NCBI GenBank assembly: GCA_023920165.1
Contig: CP089278.1
Location: 2,170,001 to 2,234,000, forward strand
DNA: 64,000 bases
Source of the DNA: Curvularia clavata
Lineage: Eukaryota
Direction of reading: 5' to 3'
How positions within the stretch are numbered: position 1 is the first letter of the stretch; each line of letters begins with the position of its first letter. A program made the translations under genes and the position numbers. Below, in pieces: positions 51,719-64,000 of this stretch. The notes below the pieces were generated by a model. It was given only the letters and a program-made list of their open reading frames with translations. It made no database searches and was not told where the DNA came from.

Positions 51719-52673
51719 AGTTTGTGCGGGATGGACTTGAAAGAGGAGGACTAGGCAGGGAACGGGGAGGGCCGGGAGTGCCTGGCAGTAATACTTGATA
51801 TGTTATTGATGTTATTTGGCCCTGTTTGGGGCGGTGGACCATGCATACGGATGAGTTACGAATTCCATTTGTTTAGTTTCTTAGCAAGAATTGTACGTAG
51901 TTAACTGCCCCTCTTCCTGCATCTTGTTCTGAAGTCAAATTGAGGCACATTATGATTTCACTTTGTACTTACACATGGTATCCTTCTCTTCGTGCATAAG
52001 AGTTATGATGATCCTTGCTTGGAACAGTCTCTTCATTTCATTATGTCATACAGGGCTTTTTCTCCCGTGTGGCATAGTCCCCTTCTTCATTAGCCCTCAG
52101 GCGCTAGTCCCTACACTGAAGATCAATGCAGGCAGAAACTGACAAATCGCTCCCCTCGAATCCTCTTGTCGAGCGTTTCACTAGGCTACCTCAGACTGAG
52201 GCTGCAGCTTGGCGAGGATCGCCCGAGTTCTTGATTCTTGCCAAGTCGTACGATTTCACATAGAGGGCCAAGGAAGAAGAAAGACGGGAGTTTCAAGGGC
52301 AGGCTCTGCTTGTTCGTCTTGGGACATTGAATTGCAATATTTTGATATGACAAGTCCGAAAAGGGGGTATTTTTACGCTACAAAGAATATCGCACACTAT
52401 ATGTTACAGGTAAAAGTCGCTATGCAATAATGGTCGTGATGGCAATGATCGTGGTTGGAAAACATGGACAGATCAGAAATGAAAGACATGATGGAACCCG
52501 CGGAATACTTCCTGCCATCGTTGAAAGAAAAGTAATCATGAAGCACCTCTCTGCTTATCATGAGTTGAGTCCGATGCCATTCTTGATAGCAGCTTAAGCG
52601 ATTGGTCGTTTTGTTTTTACTGCAAAGCTCAGTCCTTTTTGTCATCTGCCTGAGGTTGGACCCCACTGAGCTT

Positions 52674-54635
52674 TCACATTGCCCTTGGCAACGGCGGGTT
52701 GTTGGGAGCACCGGCTCCAGCGGTGTACCAGTTACTTGTGTTGCTTGTGCGTTTGTTTCTGGTGGGCTGTCTACTAATACCACCAAATCCAAGAACCTCC
52801 GGTCGGTCCAGGTCGAACGGATCAGACTGTCGAATGGTCCGACGAGCTGGCGTGACTGGTGTAAACATGTTGGTCGCAGGCCTACTCGGTCCCGGCTCAC
52901 CGAAATACATGCCGGAGTCGCGGGTTGCAAAAGTGGAGTTTGCATCGAATGCCGTAGCGGGCTTGAAATTTGGCAATGCCATGGAAGAGCGTCGGCGCTG
53001 ATGCTGTGGTAACACGGCCTGATTTGGTAGTGGCGGTGCATTGGGCGGGTCTCTGAATGGGTTGTCTGTAGCGTATAGAGACCACGTGGGCAGAGAGCTC
53101 TGCCCTGAAGCTGAGCTCATCGCACGCTGATGAGTGTTGGCTGGTCCTCTCTCCCAGGTTGGTGCGGCTGGGGGTGGGTCATAGACAGATGCGAACGGAT
53201 CTCTTGGTTCAGGGGGTTCTGCAGTAGCCGCAGGCATTTGCGGAGTGCCAGGAGTGCTCCTCGGATCGGGATTGAGTAATAAGAGCGGACGCATCTGTTG
53301 TGGGTCTGCGAATGGGTTTGGTGAGCCTGTATCCTCTGCGATGTCGGGAAACCGATAAGCAGAAACACTGCTAGGCTTTTTGCGAAGCACGTTCCTATCG
53401 CTCTTCCTGCTTGACATGCTGCCACTGGACCCTGCACGCTTGACGCCCTGTGGTTCGCTGTTTGATCGAATCCGCCCGTTGGAATCTCTCGAGTATACCG
53501 AGTCAACACTCGCCTTTGGAACATGCCGTTGATAAGTGTTGCGAGCGGATTGGTTTTGGCTTCCTCTTAGCTTTGCAACAAATGCACCCAGTTCGGTTGG
53601 TATTGTCTTCAGCTTGTCCAGAAAGCTTGGGTACTCTTGCCTCTTTTCGTTCCATCTCACTGGCTGCGACTTCCGTTTGCGCAAACAAAGAAAGAGCAGC
53701 GCGCTAATCAAGGCCAAGGCGGCGATGCCACCAAAAACACCACCTAGAATGCCCCCAATATTTCCATTGCGACTCAGCGTCAGAGGACCATCATCGTTAG
53801 ATGATCCCTGATCGGGTGCGATGATTCCAGCAGGCCCATCAGCCGGGGAAGCTGTCGGCCGTGGTCTAGCTACGGTAGGTCCCAAGATGGATGACGGTAG
53901 ATTCGTGCCGGATTCTAGAGGGATCGCTGAGTTTGGGTCCACAGATGCAGGAGGGTCAGATGCCGGCGACGCAGTGAAGAGAGGCGGTGCCTCCGAAGCT
54001 TCAACCAGTGATGAAGGAACAGCTGTTGATATTGAGTCAGAGCTTGTTGGTATTGGGCTAGGAGTTGTTGATGTTGGGGTGGGGTTCGTTGGTATTGGGT
54101 TGGGAACTGTTGATATTGGGCTGGGAGTTGTTGGTGTTGGGCTTGTGGAAGGAGCCGCTGACACCACAGGAATCTGCAAAGGCACTTCGACCGAGGCTTG
54201 AGCTGCTGGTGGTTGCTCCAAACCAGCCGTAGCTGGGTCTGAAGACGGAAGAGCAAGCGGTTCTACGCGCGCAGAGGAAGAAATAAGGACCGTACTGAGC
54301 GTACCTGTCGACGATGTTCCCGCTACTGCGTCTGTGGGCGCTGTGGTGCCATCGGCCGTTGGTTGTGCTGCTTGATCTGCAGAGGGAGCTGGTGCTGAAG
54401 AGACAGGCGGTGGTGGCGGTGGCGGTGGTGGTTGTGATGATGGCGGTGGGGGAGGATTAGAAGATGTCTGAGCAGTGCTGGTCTGTATCTGTGGTGCATC
54501 CTGGGAAGTTGTGGTGGTTGAGGATGTGATTTGAGTAGAAGTTGCAGCTTGCGACGTTGTGGCCGCTGTTCGAGCCCGGGAACGTGTACATCGTCTCCCA
54601 TTGACGGTCGTAATTGACTGTGACGGGGTGGCCAT
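52674..54635 (-). CDS. Ser/Thr/Pro-rich single-pass membrane protein (cell-wall-sensor-like architecture)
   Basis: 653-aa ORF with ~290 aa of STP-rich N-terminus, TM helix GGILGGVFGGIAALALISALLFLCL followed by RKRK, and a disordered tail with NPF/DPF motifs. Confidence 0.8.
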   Translation of the reverse strand: MATPSQSITTVNGRRCTRSRARTAATTSQAATSTQITSSTTTTSQDAPQIQTSTAQTSSNPPPPPSSQPPPPPPPPPVSSAPAPSADQAAQPTADGTTAPTDAVAGTSSTGTLSTVLISSSARVEPLALPSSDPATAGLEQPPAAQASVEVPLQIPVVSAAPSTSPTPTTPSPISTVPNPIPTNPTPTSTTPSPIPTSSDSISTAVPSSLVEASEAPPLFTASPASDPPASVDPNSAIPLESGTNLPSSILGPTVARPRPTASPADGPAGIIAPDQGSSNDDGPLTLSRNGNIGGILGGVFGGIAALALISALLFLCLRKRKSQPVRWNEKRQEYPSFLDKLKTIPTELGAFVAKLRGSQNQSARNTYQRHVPKASVDSVYSRDSNGRIRSNSEPQGVKRAGSSGSMSSRKSDRNVLRKKPSSVSAYRFPDIAEDTGSPNPFADPQQMRPLLLLNPDPRSTPGTPQMPAATAEPPEPRDPFASVYDPPPAAPTWERGPANTHQRAMSSASGQSSLPTWSLYATDNPFRDPPNAPPLPNQAVLPQHQRRRSSMALPNFKPATAFDANSTFATRDSGMYFGEPGPSRPATNMFTPVTPARRTIRQSDPFDLDRPEVLGFGGISRQPTRNKRTSNTSNWYTAGAGAPNNPPLPRAM

Positions 54636-55574
54636 TCGAGCAACAAGTCATCAAAGGACAGGCCGGTAAGGAAAGAGATTAAGAGATAAAAACACTAGGC
54701 GCCGCGGACGCTGTGCGCATGTTAACGTGGGAAATTGAGAGTGTCACTGAACGTGGTACTGGATGAATAATGAACAAAGAGAAAAGGTTAGTTGCAGTCT
54801 GGAGAGCGGTCGGGTGCTCGTCAACCGTTGGTATACCATGGTGCGCCTATAGCCGTCTGAAACACGAGCGGCTTCATGTCGCGCTTCGAACAAGACTTGA
54901 AGCGCCGTAGGCCTCGCAGTCCCTAAACGGCGGTAGCCTTGCCGTCTCAAACCAGAGGCAAATCAGCTAGCGGCATGTGGTAGCGGCTGCCATTGCGGGT
55001 ATGGCCATTTTGGTGGCGACGAGAGTGGTGATGGGCCAGCGAGTGAAGGAAACGAAATGGCAGAAGAGGGAGCCGGCGCCTGCTGGGGTCAGCATCACCG
55101 GCACGTGATCCACCACTGTCCTCTCCACTCCACCATGGCAAGAAACTCGAGGGCAGTCTCTTGACTTCAGGTACACACAGAACTTCTGACATACGCGCTT
55201 GTCCATGTCTCGCACGACAGAAGTCAGGCACATCAGGCAACTTCGCACATGAGCCGTCTTGGGACGACATAGCGCACCGAGGAACTGCCCCCGGCACCTG
55301 GCAGCCAAGGCGACGACAAGTCGAGCATCGCAGCTGTCAAAATCCGCCAGTCGGCTTGAATCAGACGTGGCTTGGGATGTAGCACCGTTGCACGCTTGCC
55401 CGCCCAAGTCCATGTCTGCCGTTTGTATGCCCATGTGGAGACGCTGGTACCCTGCGAGTGCACGTCCAGTTTAGAGACCCCCGGCACCACTCAACCGCGA
55501 CATTGCCAGCTCTTCTCCTTTCTCATCCCTGAGTCGAGGGCCGACATAGAGCCCAATTGCACAAGCATACCGCC

Positions 55575-57778
55575 ATGTTCAACTTCAGTGGTAAGTCCAG
55601 TCTGTTCGCGTTCCGCCTGCCCCGTCTTGTTTCCTTAGGGCTTCAGGTTGGCGCGTGCCAAGCCCCAGCTGGCACCTTCGCCCAATGCACACCCACCACC
55701 ACCACCAAACACCATGGCCAACGTCGACATTGCATGTACCATCCTGTTGATGCCCTGCCCTCCCGAGCCCGAGCCGGATGATGCATCTACAAGTCGCTCT
55801 GCACAAGCCGGCCTGTTTGTTGGACATTTCACACATGTTTCGTCTGAGACATGTAGTGCACGTGCAGTCTAGTTGCTGATACAGGGCTTTTCTTTGATAG
55901 GAAATCTACTGGCGGGGCAACATGATACGCAGAAACAGAGATCCCCTCCACCAAAACCCACACCCGTCACGTTTCCTGCTCTGCACCCGCCTGAGCCTTC
56001 TACCCGAGCACCGCCACCTTCCTGGACCAGGCCAGGTGCCAGGATATCGGACCATTTTCTGCAACTGAGAAAGCCATCCGACGTCAGTACGGACACCTTG
56101 GCCTTGCTAAATGTCACGTTTCAGCCAGAGAGTGATCTGGAAACGTTGCTCTCGTCCCTGTCAAACAATGCAGACGCATTCCTGCCTCCAAGATCCTGGT
56201 TAGACGGACCTGGAGAACAGCCGTCTTCCTTCAATCATGGCACTGCTCCTGCACTTTTGAGCAATGGTAGAAGAACACCAGATCAACGGGATTTCTATGT
56301 CCGCGCAAGGGAGTTGTTTGTCAACAACGCTGATGCTTTCTCGACTTTGACTCGTAAGAGCAATGGCAATCAACTTCCCCTGCGACTAGCCCACTTTCGA
56401 AAATTCTGGGAGGGCCTTGATAACATGGCGTATTATTGGGACACGTCTTTGGATGAGTATCTCCCACCAGTTCAACAAGGAAACAGTAGCGAACAAACAA
56501 CTTCCACCTCCGTGCAGGGGTCCGCAGATGCTAAACGTCAAGAAGCCACTGATGAAACTGATTCAGAGCCCTGCACCACCGGTGGTGAAGAGCCTCGTAA
56601 AAAGGCAAGAGTGGGAGAAACTGGAATCGAGAAACAGCCCATCTATATCCAGAGTGAAAACGCTTCCAGAAGGGAACCGCCGAATGAATCAAGCTATTTA
56701 GAACGCATGCAACGGAACAAGATGGATCCGCTCGGGACCCTGAGGGCTGCAAGGATCAAGGCCGACGATAAGCCGGCTGACGTTCCCCACGGTTCCTACC
56801 GAGGCTACCGTATTGGTAATGGAGTGGGAATGCCTGATCAATATCGTATTGAATGCGTGCGTTCTTTCCTTGAGCCTATCGCGTGGGCTTTTGGTGTGAC
56901 TCTCTCTCCACATCGCCGCCCGCCAGTGCTCACAATCGAACATGTTCGATTCCCTGTTCGTATGAGTTCTGTAGCCTGGCGGGGTCCACAGGACAGGGCA
57001 AAAGCTAGGCAAGGCTGTTTAGAAGGCCCTGTGTTAGGCATGCAATGTCGAGCGGATGTCAACTTTGGGGTAACCGGAAGGTTGGAAGCCCAGTCCACTC
57101 TAGATGCCGTCCGAGAACTAGGAGGGCTGCTGCTACTAGCACAAGAGAGGGCCAGAGAGGGAAAAATTGAACGAAGAGGTGGTGATGGCAAATGGTGGTC
57201 GACGAAGGAGCGCTGGGGTGGAGGCCCGGGGGGTGAAGTTGGCGAGGCCACCGGAGCCACAGAAATTCTTGAAAAGGACACAGCTTCCAAGCGAGAAGAA
57301 AACCCCGTGGAAAGAAATCGAGATGGGTCTAAAGTCCGTCGGAGACCAACGCCAGCCGCAGTCTGGAAGACACTGCGACCCGGATATCCGCTCTGGGACC
57401 CGAAAGTCACATACGAAGCTATTGGCAAGGATAGAAACGTCGAGTGGGACGATGTAGGATTCCGTGCAATAGTTTCATATGACTAAACTCGCTGACTAGA
57501 TATTACAGGTCTTTATGGTGTCGTCACTGAACCATCACATTAGCCTATTGAAACTTCGCGTACATCCAGCGTATCTGGAATTCATCACTGAAGGCAAACT
57601 ACCTGTTGAAACACCGCGAGAATCTGATTGGTGTTCGCCAAAGTTGCAGAGAACAAAGTGGTTTGATTTGTTCAACATCGAGGACCGCGCTGAAGCTATG
57701 AGAGGGGTTTGGGGCATCATGTCCTATCTCATGCGTGCGGACCACAGAGGCGGTGGGAACGCTGGTCTGAGTGGATGA
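55575..57778 (+). CDS. Hypothetical fungal protein; introns 55591-55900 and ~57454-57508
   Basis: Short first exon MFNFSG (GTAAGT donor) joins in phase to the 537-aa ORF. Blocks FRKFWEGLDNMAYYWDTS, YRGYRIGNG..MPDQYR, LAQERAREG, RWGGGPGG and WDD|VFMVSSLNHHIS. Confidence 0.8.
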
Positions 57779-59637
57779 GAGAGTTCCGTCATCAGCAAGC
57801 CTTTTGAACCACTCAGCCGCTTGATGAGGTCATGGCACAAACTGAAGTGGCATCAATCGGATATTGTATCGGAGTGCCAAAAAGTTTAAGAGGGGACCGG
57901 ATATCTAGCCGGATTGTAATGTCACAGATTACTTGAAAGCTCCACAAACTTGACAACTCACCGCGATCCCTTATGCTTTTCACCCATGTGAGATGTCGAC
58001 ATAGCTCTCGTACGACTAACGAAATCTCTGGTCACGGATCGTTCGAAGAATGACATCGGGTGCATACTTCGCAGATTGTACCAACTCATGCAGCTTGATA
58101 CCAAAAGTGAAGCTCTTTTCACTAAAAGTCGCTGTGCAAATCACGAGAAAGCAGTGTCGCACAGACAGCAGGAAGCCGCACAACAAGGTGAACATAGCTA
58201 CCACGCGATTGGTGCGGACCACGCAAGCAGCTTGTTGCACGCCTACTTGTAATGTAGTTGGCTGGTCTTTAGCTTGCACCACCTATTGCGTAGTCTCTTA
58301 GGGTGAACGTGTCACCAAAAATATTGACGTTGCTCACGAACATACTACAGAAACACCCGTTCCGCCGAGTATAACTGTGGCGTTTTGGGGCAGTATGCGT
58401 GCCCACAGGCGCCTGTCACATGGTCACTGCTTCTAGCCGTTTGTTGGTGGCTTGGAACCTAACCGGCTGCACAAGGACTACGGTTATAGGTTAATATGTA
58501 ATCCACCCTGGCCGGCTTGTTGCTAATAGTAGAGTTAAACTTCCAATTTGCTCTCTCAAAATTATTCCAATCACGTAAGGTTTCTATGATTCACCAGGCA
58601 GAGCTCCCAGAAGCAGAATGCAGGTGACTTGTGTATCTTTATCACGCACTTACAACTTTGCTCCGTTACAGATGCCTTTGTACAAAAGTTTGGCCGAACC
58701 TATCCTTCTCGTAGGCCACGATACAGCTTTGATCACGGCCTTTCCTAGCTAGACTCAGATAATTTTGGTTGCTGGTTCATCGCCGTGGAACGGGTGTGCT
58801 CGATCTCCAACTGGTATCCACATACCAGGTTCGCGAAGATGTCACAAGTGCTCATGCTTCTACGCATCTCGTAAAGGCAGCTGTCCCTACCCGTTGCTCC
58901 TGATTACTCTCCCGTTTTGAACTGTAATCGACAAGCCCAATGTTTAATCATCCTCCGAACAACTGTATCAAAGTCATATTATGTTTCCAGAAAAAGATGC
59001 CCCAATACGCCACCCTCATGAATCAAGCGGCGCACTCGCGTCTAGAAATAATTTTTCCAAGGGCCAACTTTTCAAAACCAACACTACCAGCAAGAGTAAC
59101 AGTGGCTTGAGAGCCTACGACAACGACCGCAGCCTGGACTGTCACCGCCCTATCGTTGTCTTCGCACAAACAACTTTCTATTGTCTTCTCTCTCAGCACT
59201 CCACCAGCTGGCTAGCGTCCACAGCCCCCATCCAGTCTATATAAAGTCCGTCTTTATGCACGAATCACGATCATCGAGCATCGCAAATAACAAACTCGAG
59301 CTTGCTTACCAACTCTCCCATTTTCTCAAGTTCATTCAAGCCTGGCCCCCAAAAATCAGCACACCGCAGCTCTAGCTCATTGTTCCTTGCATTTACAACC
59401 CCGAGGAATTTATCTTGCTCTGTTTCTGGCTAGAAAGCGCCCCGATAGCCCCGCGGCCTCGTATACCAACACAAGGCTCTCTGGGGGCAGAAAAGACAAC
59501 GCCTACATTTCATGGCAGTCTATATCAAGGGGCCCTATCCAGTCTACTACAACAGAACCTCACTCAGCTACCCTTCACTCTCCAATCCCTTGACGTCTCA
59601 TTGGTACTACCAGTCACCAAGAAGCCATCCCTCCACC

Positions 59638-60648
59638 ATGACTGTCTTCACCAACCTTCTCCTTCTTCCTATTACCCTCCTCTCCTCCCTCACCACTGCC
59701 GAAACCTTCAAGTCACGCACTGTAGACCCCCAACTAAACGCTGCACTCCGCACCGCGGCCACAGCCTTTGACCGGGCGGCTCTGCTGCCCAACAACGCAG
59801 ACTGGGTATATGACTTTTCCAAACACCCCAACTTCGACTCGCCTGTGGGTGCCGTCATCAATGCCGACGCTGCCTCTTTCCCCGTCCTCACGGGTCTCGG
59901 GTCAAGTGTAGCGCTGCTCAAGCTGGCACCGTGCGGCATGCTCCCTCCGCACTTGCACCCGCGCGCGACTAACATCGTGACTGCAATTACGGGGAACACG
60001 ACGACGTACATGATAGGCGAGAACGGCGTCGGGCTGCGAACCGTCGATTTGCTGCCGATGATGGTGACGGTGTTTCCGCAGGCAAGTTTGCATATGATGC
60101 AGAATAATGGTGAGTTCCCAATTTCCCCTTTCTACTTTTCCCCCTCTTTCCTTTTTCTTTCTTCTTCTACCGTCTCGATTACTATCCATGTCTGAATCCG
60201 GACTTCGTTTTTCCTTTTTTTTCTATTCACTTGCCCCTTTGGGACAGTCGCACAAACACATGATTATACTATTTTCCCAATCAGGAAAAACATATTACTT
60301 TCTTATTCATCCCCTCGCATGACATACATAGCCCCATTCTGACACACCCTTTTTCCTTAAACCAACTCTCCTTTCCTAGAATAAATCTCAGCCTCAAAAT
60401 CAACCCCACTAACCTCTCTCACAGACTGCGAACCCGCCCTCCTGCTCTCGTCGCTCAACAGCGATGACAGCGGCACACTAAACATCCTGCCCAGCCTGTG
60501 GTCTGTGCCGCAGGACATCATTGGTGCTGCGTTTGGCAATGCACCGGCACTGGATGATGCGCAGAAGGTGGGTGGGCAGATTCCGCTTGTGGGCACGGGC
60601 GCGATTATCGGGAGTAAGGAGTGTAAGAAGAGGTGTGGGATTGAATGA
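59638..60648 (+). CDS. Secreted germin/spherulin-like cupin; intron 60110-60424
   Basis: Signal peptide, then WVYDF, ADAASFPVLTG, LAPCGMLPPHLHPRATN, FPQASLHMMQNN|DCEPA..SSLNSDDSGT and terminal ECKKRCGIE*. Confidence 0.87.
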
Positions 60649-61636
60649 GACGTTGGCATAAAGACAAAGGGGATGGATGGAATGGACAGGGGAGAGATGG
60701 AGGCAACATGCAAGGGCGTTTTGGCTATGCAACAACGTTTTTTGTTTGCTTTTTTACTTCTGGAAACAAGGGCTGTTGTTCTTCGTTGAGACAGTTGAAG
60801 TTAGTTTTTCTTACCCTCTTGGGCTACTTTACTGCTTCTACTACTCGCCCTGTTTTCCGTCTTGCTGCACACAATGTCATCTCATTTTGCTCCCTTTTTT
60901 CGCTCGATACGCGTGATGCGCTTTTCCCGAAACAAGAAACGAAGAAATATCAAAATGCGATACGGGGCATGATGTCATTACAAGAGTGAGAATCGATAAG
61001 AGAAAAGGGATAAGAGCAATCATGTGGTGTGCACCGCAACCCAAACTTTTCGGTCATATTTTTTGCCCCTAGTGCCGTCTTACACATCCGCGGTGCACGG
61101 CTCCACTCGATCCCGTCTGGCCTCGCAACGGGCCGCCAACCCGCACCAGTGGGGACCAGGACCTACTTCGGCGACCAAGGCCAAAGTTTTGCCATTTGAT
61201 AACACCGATCGTAATCGTGGCAGGCTTTGTCATTCAGATAAATACAAATAAGACTGTGTTGAAAGATCCGTTGGTGAGTTTTGCAAATCGAACAACAAAC
61301 GAGATCATGCTATTTCTCGTATAATAGCCGCCGTGGCTTGCTACTCCGCCCACATGTTCCAGGGACGGAGCAGAAGCGTCAGCATTTAAACCACCAAACA
61401 GGAGAGCCCATGTGATTTCTTTGCGCACCCCCCGCGATGTACACGAGGTTGATAACTGCATATGTCGTAGCCACATGCAAGTAAGAATGCGAGTGAGACA
61501 TATTTTGTCATGCATCCATTAGGCCAGCTCTGACCAGCCGCGGCTCGGCATCAAATTCCCTTTCTTTCAGTCCGGCACCCAAGCGGATCGGAACGTGCTG
61601 GCAGTTTCTGTGAATTATATCCGGGCGCCACAGCCT

Positions 61637-63698
61637 TCAGGTTGTTTCCCTCGAGACCCGGATGTTTGAGAAAGCAAGGTCGGGTCCTTCCCCAGCCAGT
61701 TTAGCAGACATGTGGTTAATGACTTCGTCGGACCAACGAAATGCATCAACCTGTTGATAGTCCAGCAGCGAGTTCAATGCTCTGACTATCCATTCCTTCA
61801 CTTCTGTCGTGCAGTATTCATATGCAACGACAAAACTGAGACCCGTGTGAAATGCACCGATCGGCCTGCTGGCCCAGGCATCCTCCCATGTCTTGCAGAT
61901 CTCGAGAGCAATGCATTGGCACTCGAATTGCAGTTCGTATATGCTTCGGTCAAAGGGTGGTAAAAGCCGCATCAGGATTTTGTTTGTGAGTATTACGACG
62001 GACCAGAAGCAGTTGTATGCTGTCATATCTCGCCAGTTGTTGAAATGGTAGATTGGACGTATAGGACTGTCCCTTTCACAAGGTTGCCTCTCCGAGGCAA
62101 CATTCCCGTTTCTGAGTTTCGCTTCCATGTGTTGGCCCAAGCAGCGAAGGGCGTCTTTGAGGCCCCGCACCTTATGTAGCAAGGCCGCACGTGCAGGTTC
62201 GTATGGGTAGGTATACGAAGTCGGGTTGGCTGGATATGGCGCATCGACGGGCTGTATCTCATCCATGAATTCCGTTTCATCGAAAGAGCCGGATGAAAAG
62301 TCGAGTGATGGTGGTGTTTCAGTAGATTTGTGTGAGCTACTACTGGAGTCCAAATTGAGACCTGCAGTGCGAGAAAGTTGGAAGACACGTTGATCGCCTA
62401 GCTCTTTGAGCTCGTTGAAGATACCTGGCAGTTCTGCCATGTGTTGCATCAAGTCGGTGTTCAGGCAGTCGTCGAATCCGAGCCCCGTCTTGTCAAAAGC
62501 TATCTCTCGCCAACCCGGCGAAGCAAGAAAGCACGGTTTGCGTTCGTACATACAAGTGATGATCTGTTCACACATTAGCTGAGAACAGACGTTTCCTTTT
62601 GGCCTGAGCTGCGTGGTGAGACAGCTCTCCTCGTAGGTAACGGGAATCGACCTACAATTCCGCCTCGATTGAAGCGTAGCATCTCCTTTGTGAAGGAATC
62701 CTGGTATCTTCCCGGGCCTTGCAGTTCCATCAGACGTCCAGCGCCTCCTACGTGGGTCAGATACCGATTGCCTGTCCTCGGGCCTGCGAATGCCTGATGA
62801 TGTAAGTATGCCTGTAAAGTTGAAATGTGATCAAGCAAGCCTCACCTCTACCAGGCCCAGAAGAACCGATGCACAGAGTGTCTCAGGTGACAAGCCGAGT
62901 TGTGGATGTTCAAGGCATGTCTGCAGAGTCTTGATGGCGCGGATATACAGCTCCGGGGAAACAATCTCATTTGCCGTCTTCTTGTAGACCAAGGATGAAT
63001 GGACATTGACGAGTACAGTGACGGCTGCGTCAAGCGCAGGATTGTGCCCGATTCTGGCCGGAACTTCTTGAATGAAGGAGCCAAAGACGGACATGCGATG
63101 CCCAGCGCTTCCAGTTCTCGTAGCTGCAATCAAGGCGTGGGCGAGCTGTTGATCATGCGATTGCGAGGGGTGCCTCAGCAAAGGTGACTTTGGCGGGCTG
63201 GCAGATATTGACCGCGGGGACCTTTTGCGAGGGGTTGAACCGCTTTGCGAAATCCTGAACTTGTGGACAACGGAGCCATTTTCTGCGAATTTCTCGTTGA
63301 GTTGGGTCAAGTGATTGTTTTGTTGTTCTGTGGCTTGTGTGTGAATATCAGACTTTATTTTGGACTCGGGACGGCCCACCCGTTGATGCGCTGGCGTCGT
63401 CGGCCGCCAACCTTGTAGTAGAGGTGGTATTAAATCGAGGGCCGAGATCTCTGAACGTGTGTCGCGCTGGCGGGCCCGGACAGGACTTGCCGTTCTTTTT
63501 GCAGTTCAGGCAAGCTGGCCAGGATTCGTCTTGTTCACCATCAGCCAGGGTGCTCGAGTCGCGCCCAAGCCATGGAGCTAGCCTTACCGCACTCTAACAA
63601 GAGTCAGAACCAGACGGCGCGGTAGAGGAATCCGGCGACTTACTAATTTTCCTTTTCCGGCAGATGAGGCACCCCGTGCTTTTGGGGACGCCGACCAT
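61637..63698 (-). CDS. Zn(II)2Cys6 transcription factor with a 6-nt micro-exon in the zinc cluster; multi-exon
   Basis: Exon 63644-63698 (MVGVPKSTGCLICRKRKI), micro-exon 63588-63593 and the next exon from 63529 give KCDESWPACLNCKKNGKSCPG. Later blocks: VPARIGHNPALDAAV, LYIRAIKTLQ, SPETLCASVLLG, HVGGAGRLMELQGP and CFLASPGW. Confidence 0.88.
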
Positions 63699-64000
63699 GG
63701 TTCGCAGTAGGCGCACCAGCAGAGAAGGGTTGACACAGCGTGTCAGTAGTCTGGAGAGTGCGTGGTGGGCTGGGGCCGTGGAATTGACAAGAACATGGGA
63801 GGCTGCATTCAGATCAGAGGCTTCGCAGTCGACGCATATGAGGCGCCATTTGGCCGTTGGACGATGCTGTGGATGAAGTATGCGGGATGTCCGCCTCTGC
63901 TACGCTTCTTGGACAAGCTTCCACATTGTGGCTGCGGACAGGGCTTAGTGCTGCAGGGCTGGGTTTTCACATCCCGGACTGGCGGTGGGCGTTTGGCTGG

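Noticed and set aside
1..64000. Transposons, RIP-degraded AT-rich blocks, CRISPR arrays and rRNA/tRNA/snRNA genes
   Set aside because: No transposase or reverse-transcriptase motifs, LTR/TIR pairs, regular spacer arrays or recognisable structural RNA seen by eye. An Infernal/Rfam and tRNAscan-SE run would be needed to exclude small RNAs.

Overview
This is an intron-containing genomic window from a filamentous ascomycete. The short GT-AG introns carry CTRAC branch points, and the gene content suggests a Dothideomycete/Pleosporales-type fungus (inference). About 19 protein-coding loci can be reconstructed by hand-splicing: the 3' end of a GH81 beta-1,3-glucanase, a GH128 glucanase with a GPI-type tail, a Flc/Pkd2 TRP-like channel, three Zn(II)2Cys6 transcription factors, a small membrane protein, a CYP65-like P450, a Pac2-type WOPR regulator, a Dal5-family MFS permease, a secreted DUF1524-type HNH nuclease, Cwf19L1/Drn1, Utp20, SF3B6/p14, a PHD-JmjC demethylase, proteasome beta-5 (Pre2), a germin/spherulin-like cupin and three hypothetical proteins. 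There is also one probable pseudogene. I saw no tRNA, rRNA, transposon, CRISPR array or secondary-metabolite backbone gene, and no clearly new multi-gene system. The best leads are a 6-nt micro-exon carrying a zinc-cluster Cys, two CxxC-x6-C-x-H motifs fused to the JmjC protein, a secreted nuclease paired with a GATA-flanked allantoate-type permease, a cell-wall glucan gene trio, the pseudogene, and cis-elements at pac2 and pre2. All family calls come from motif recognition, not database searches.
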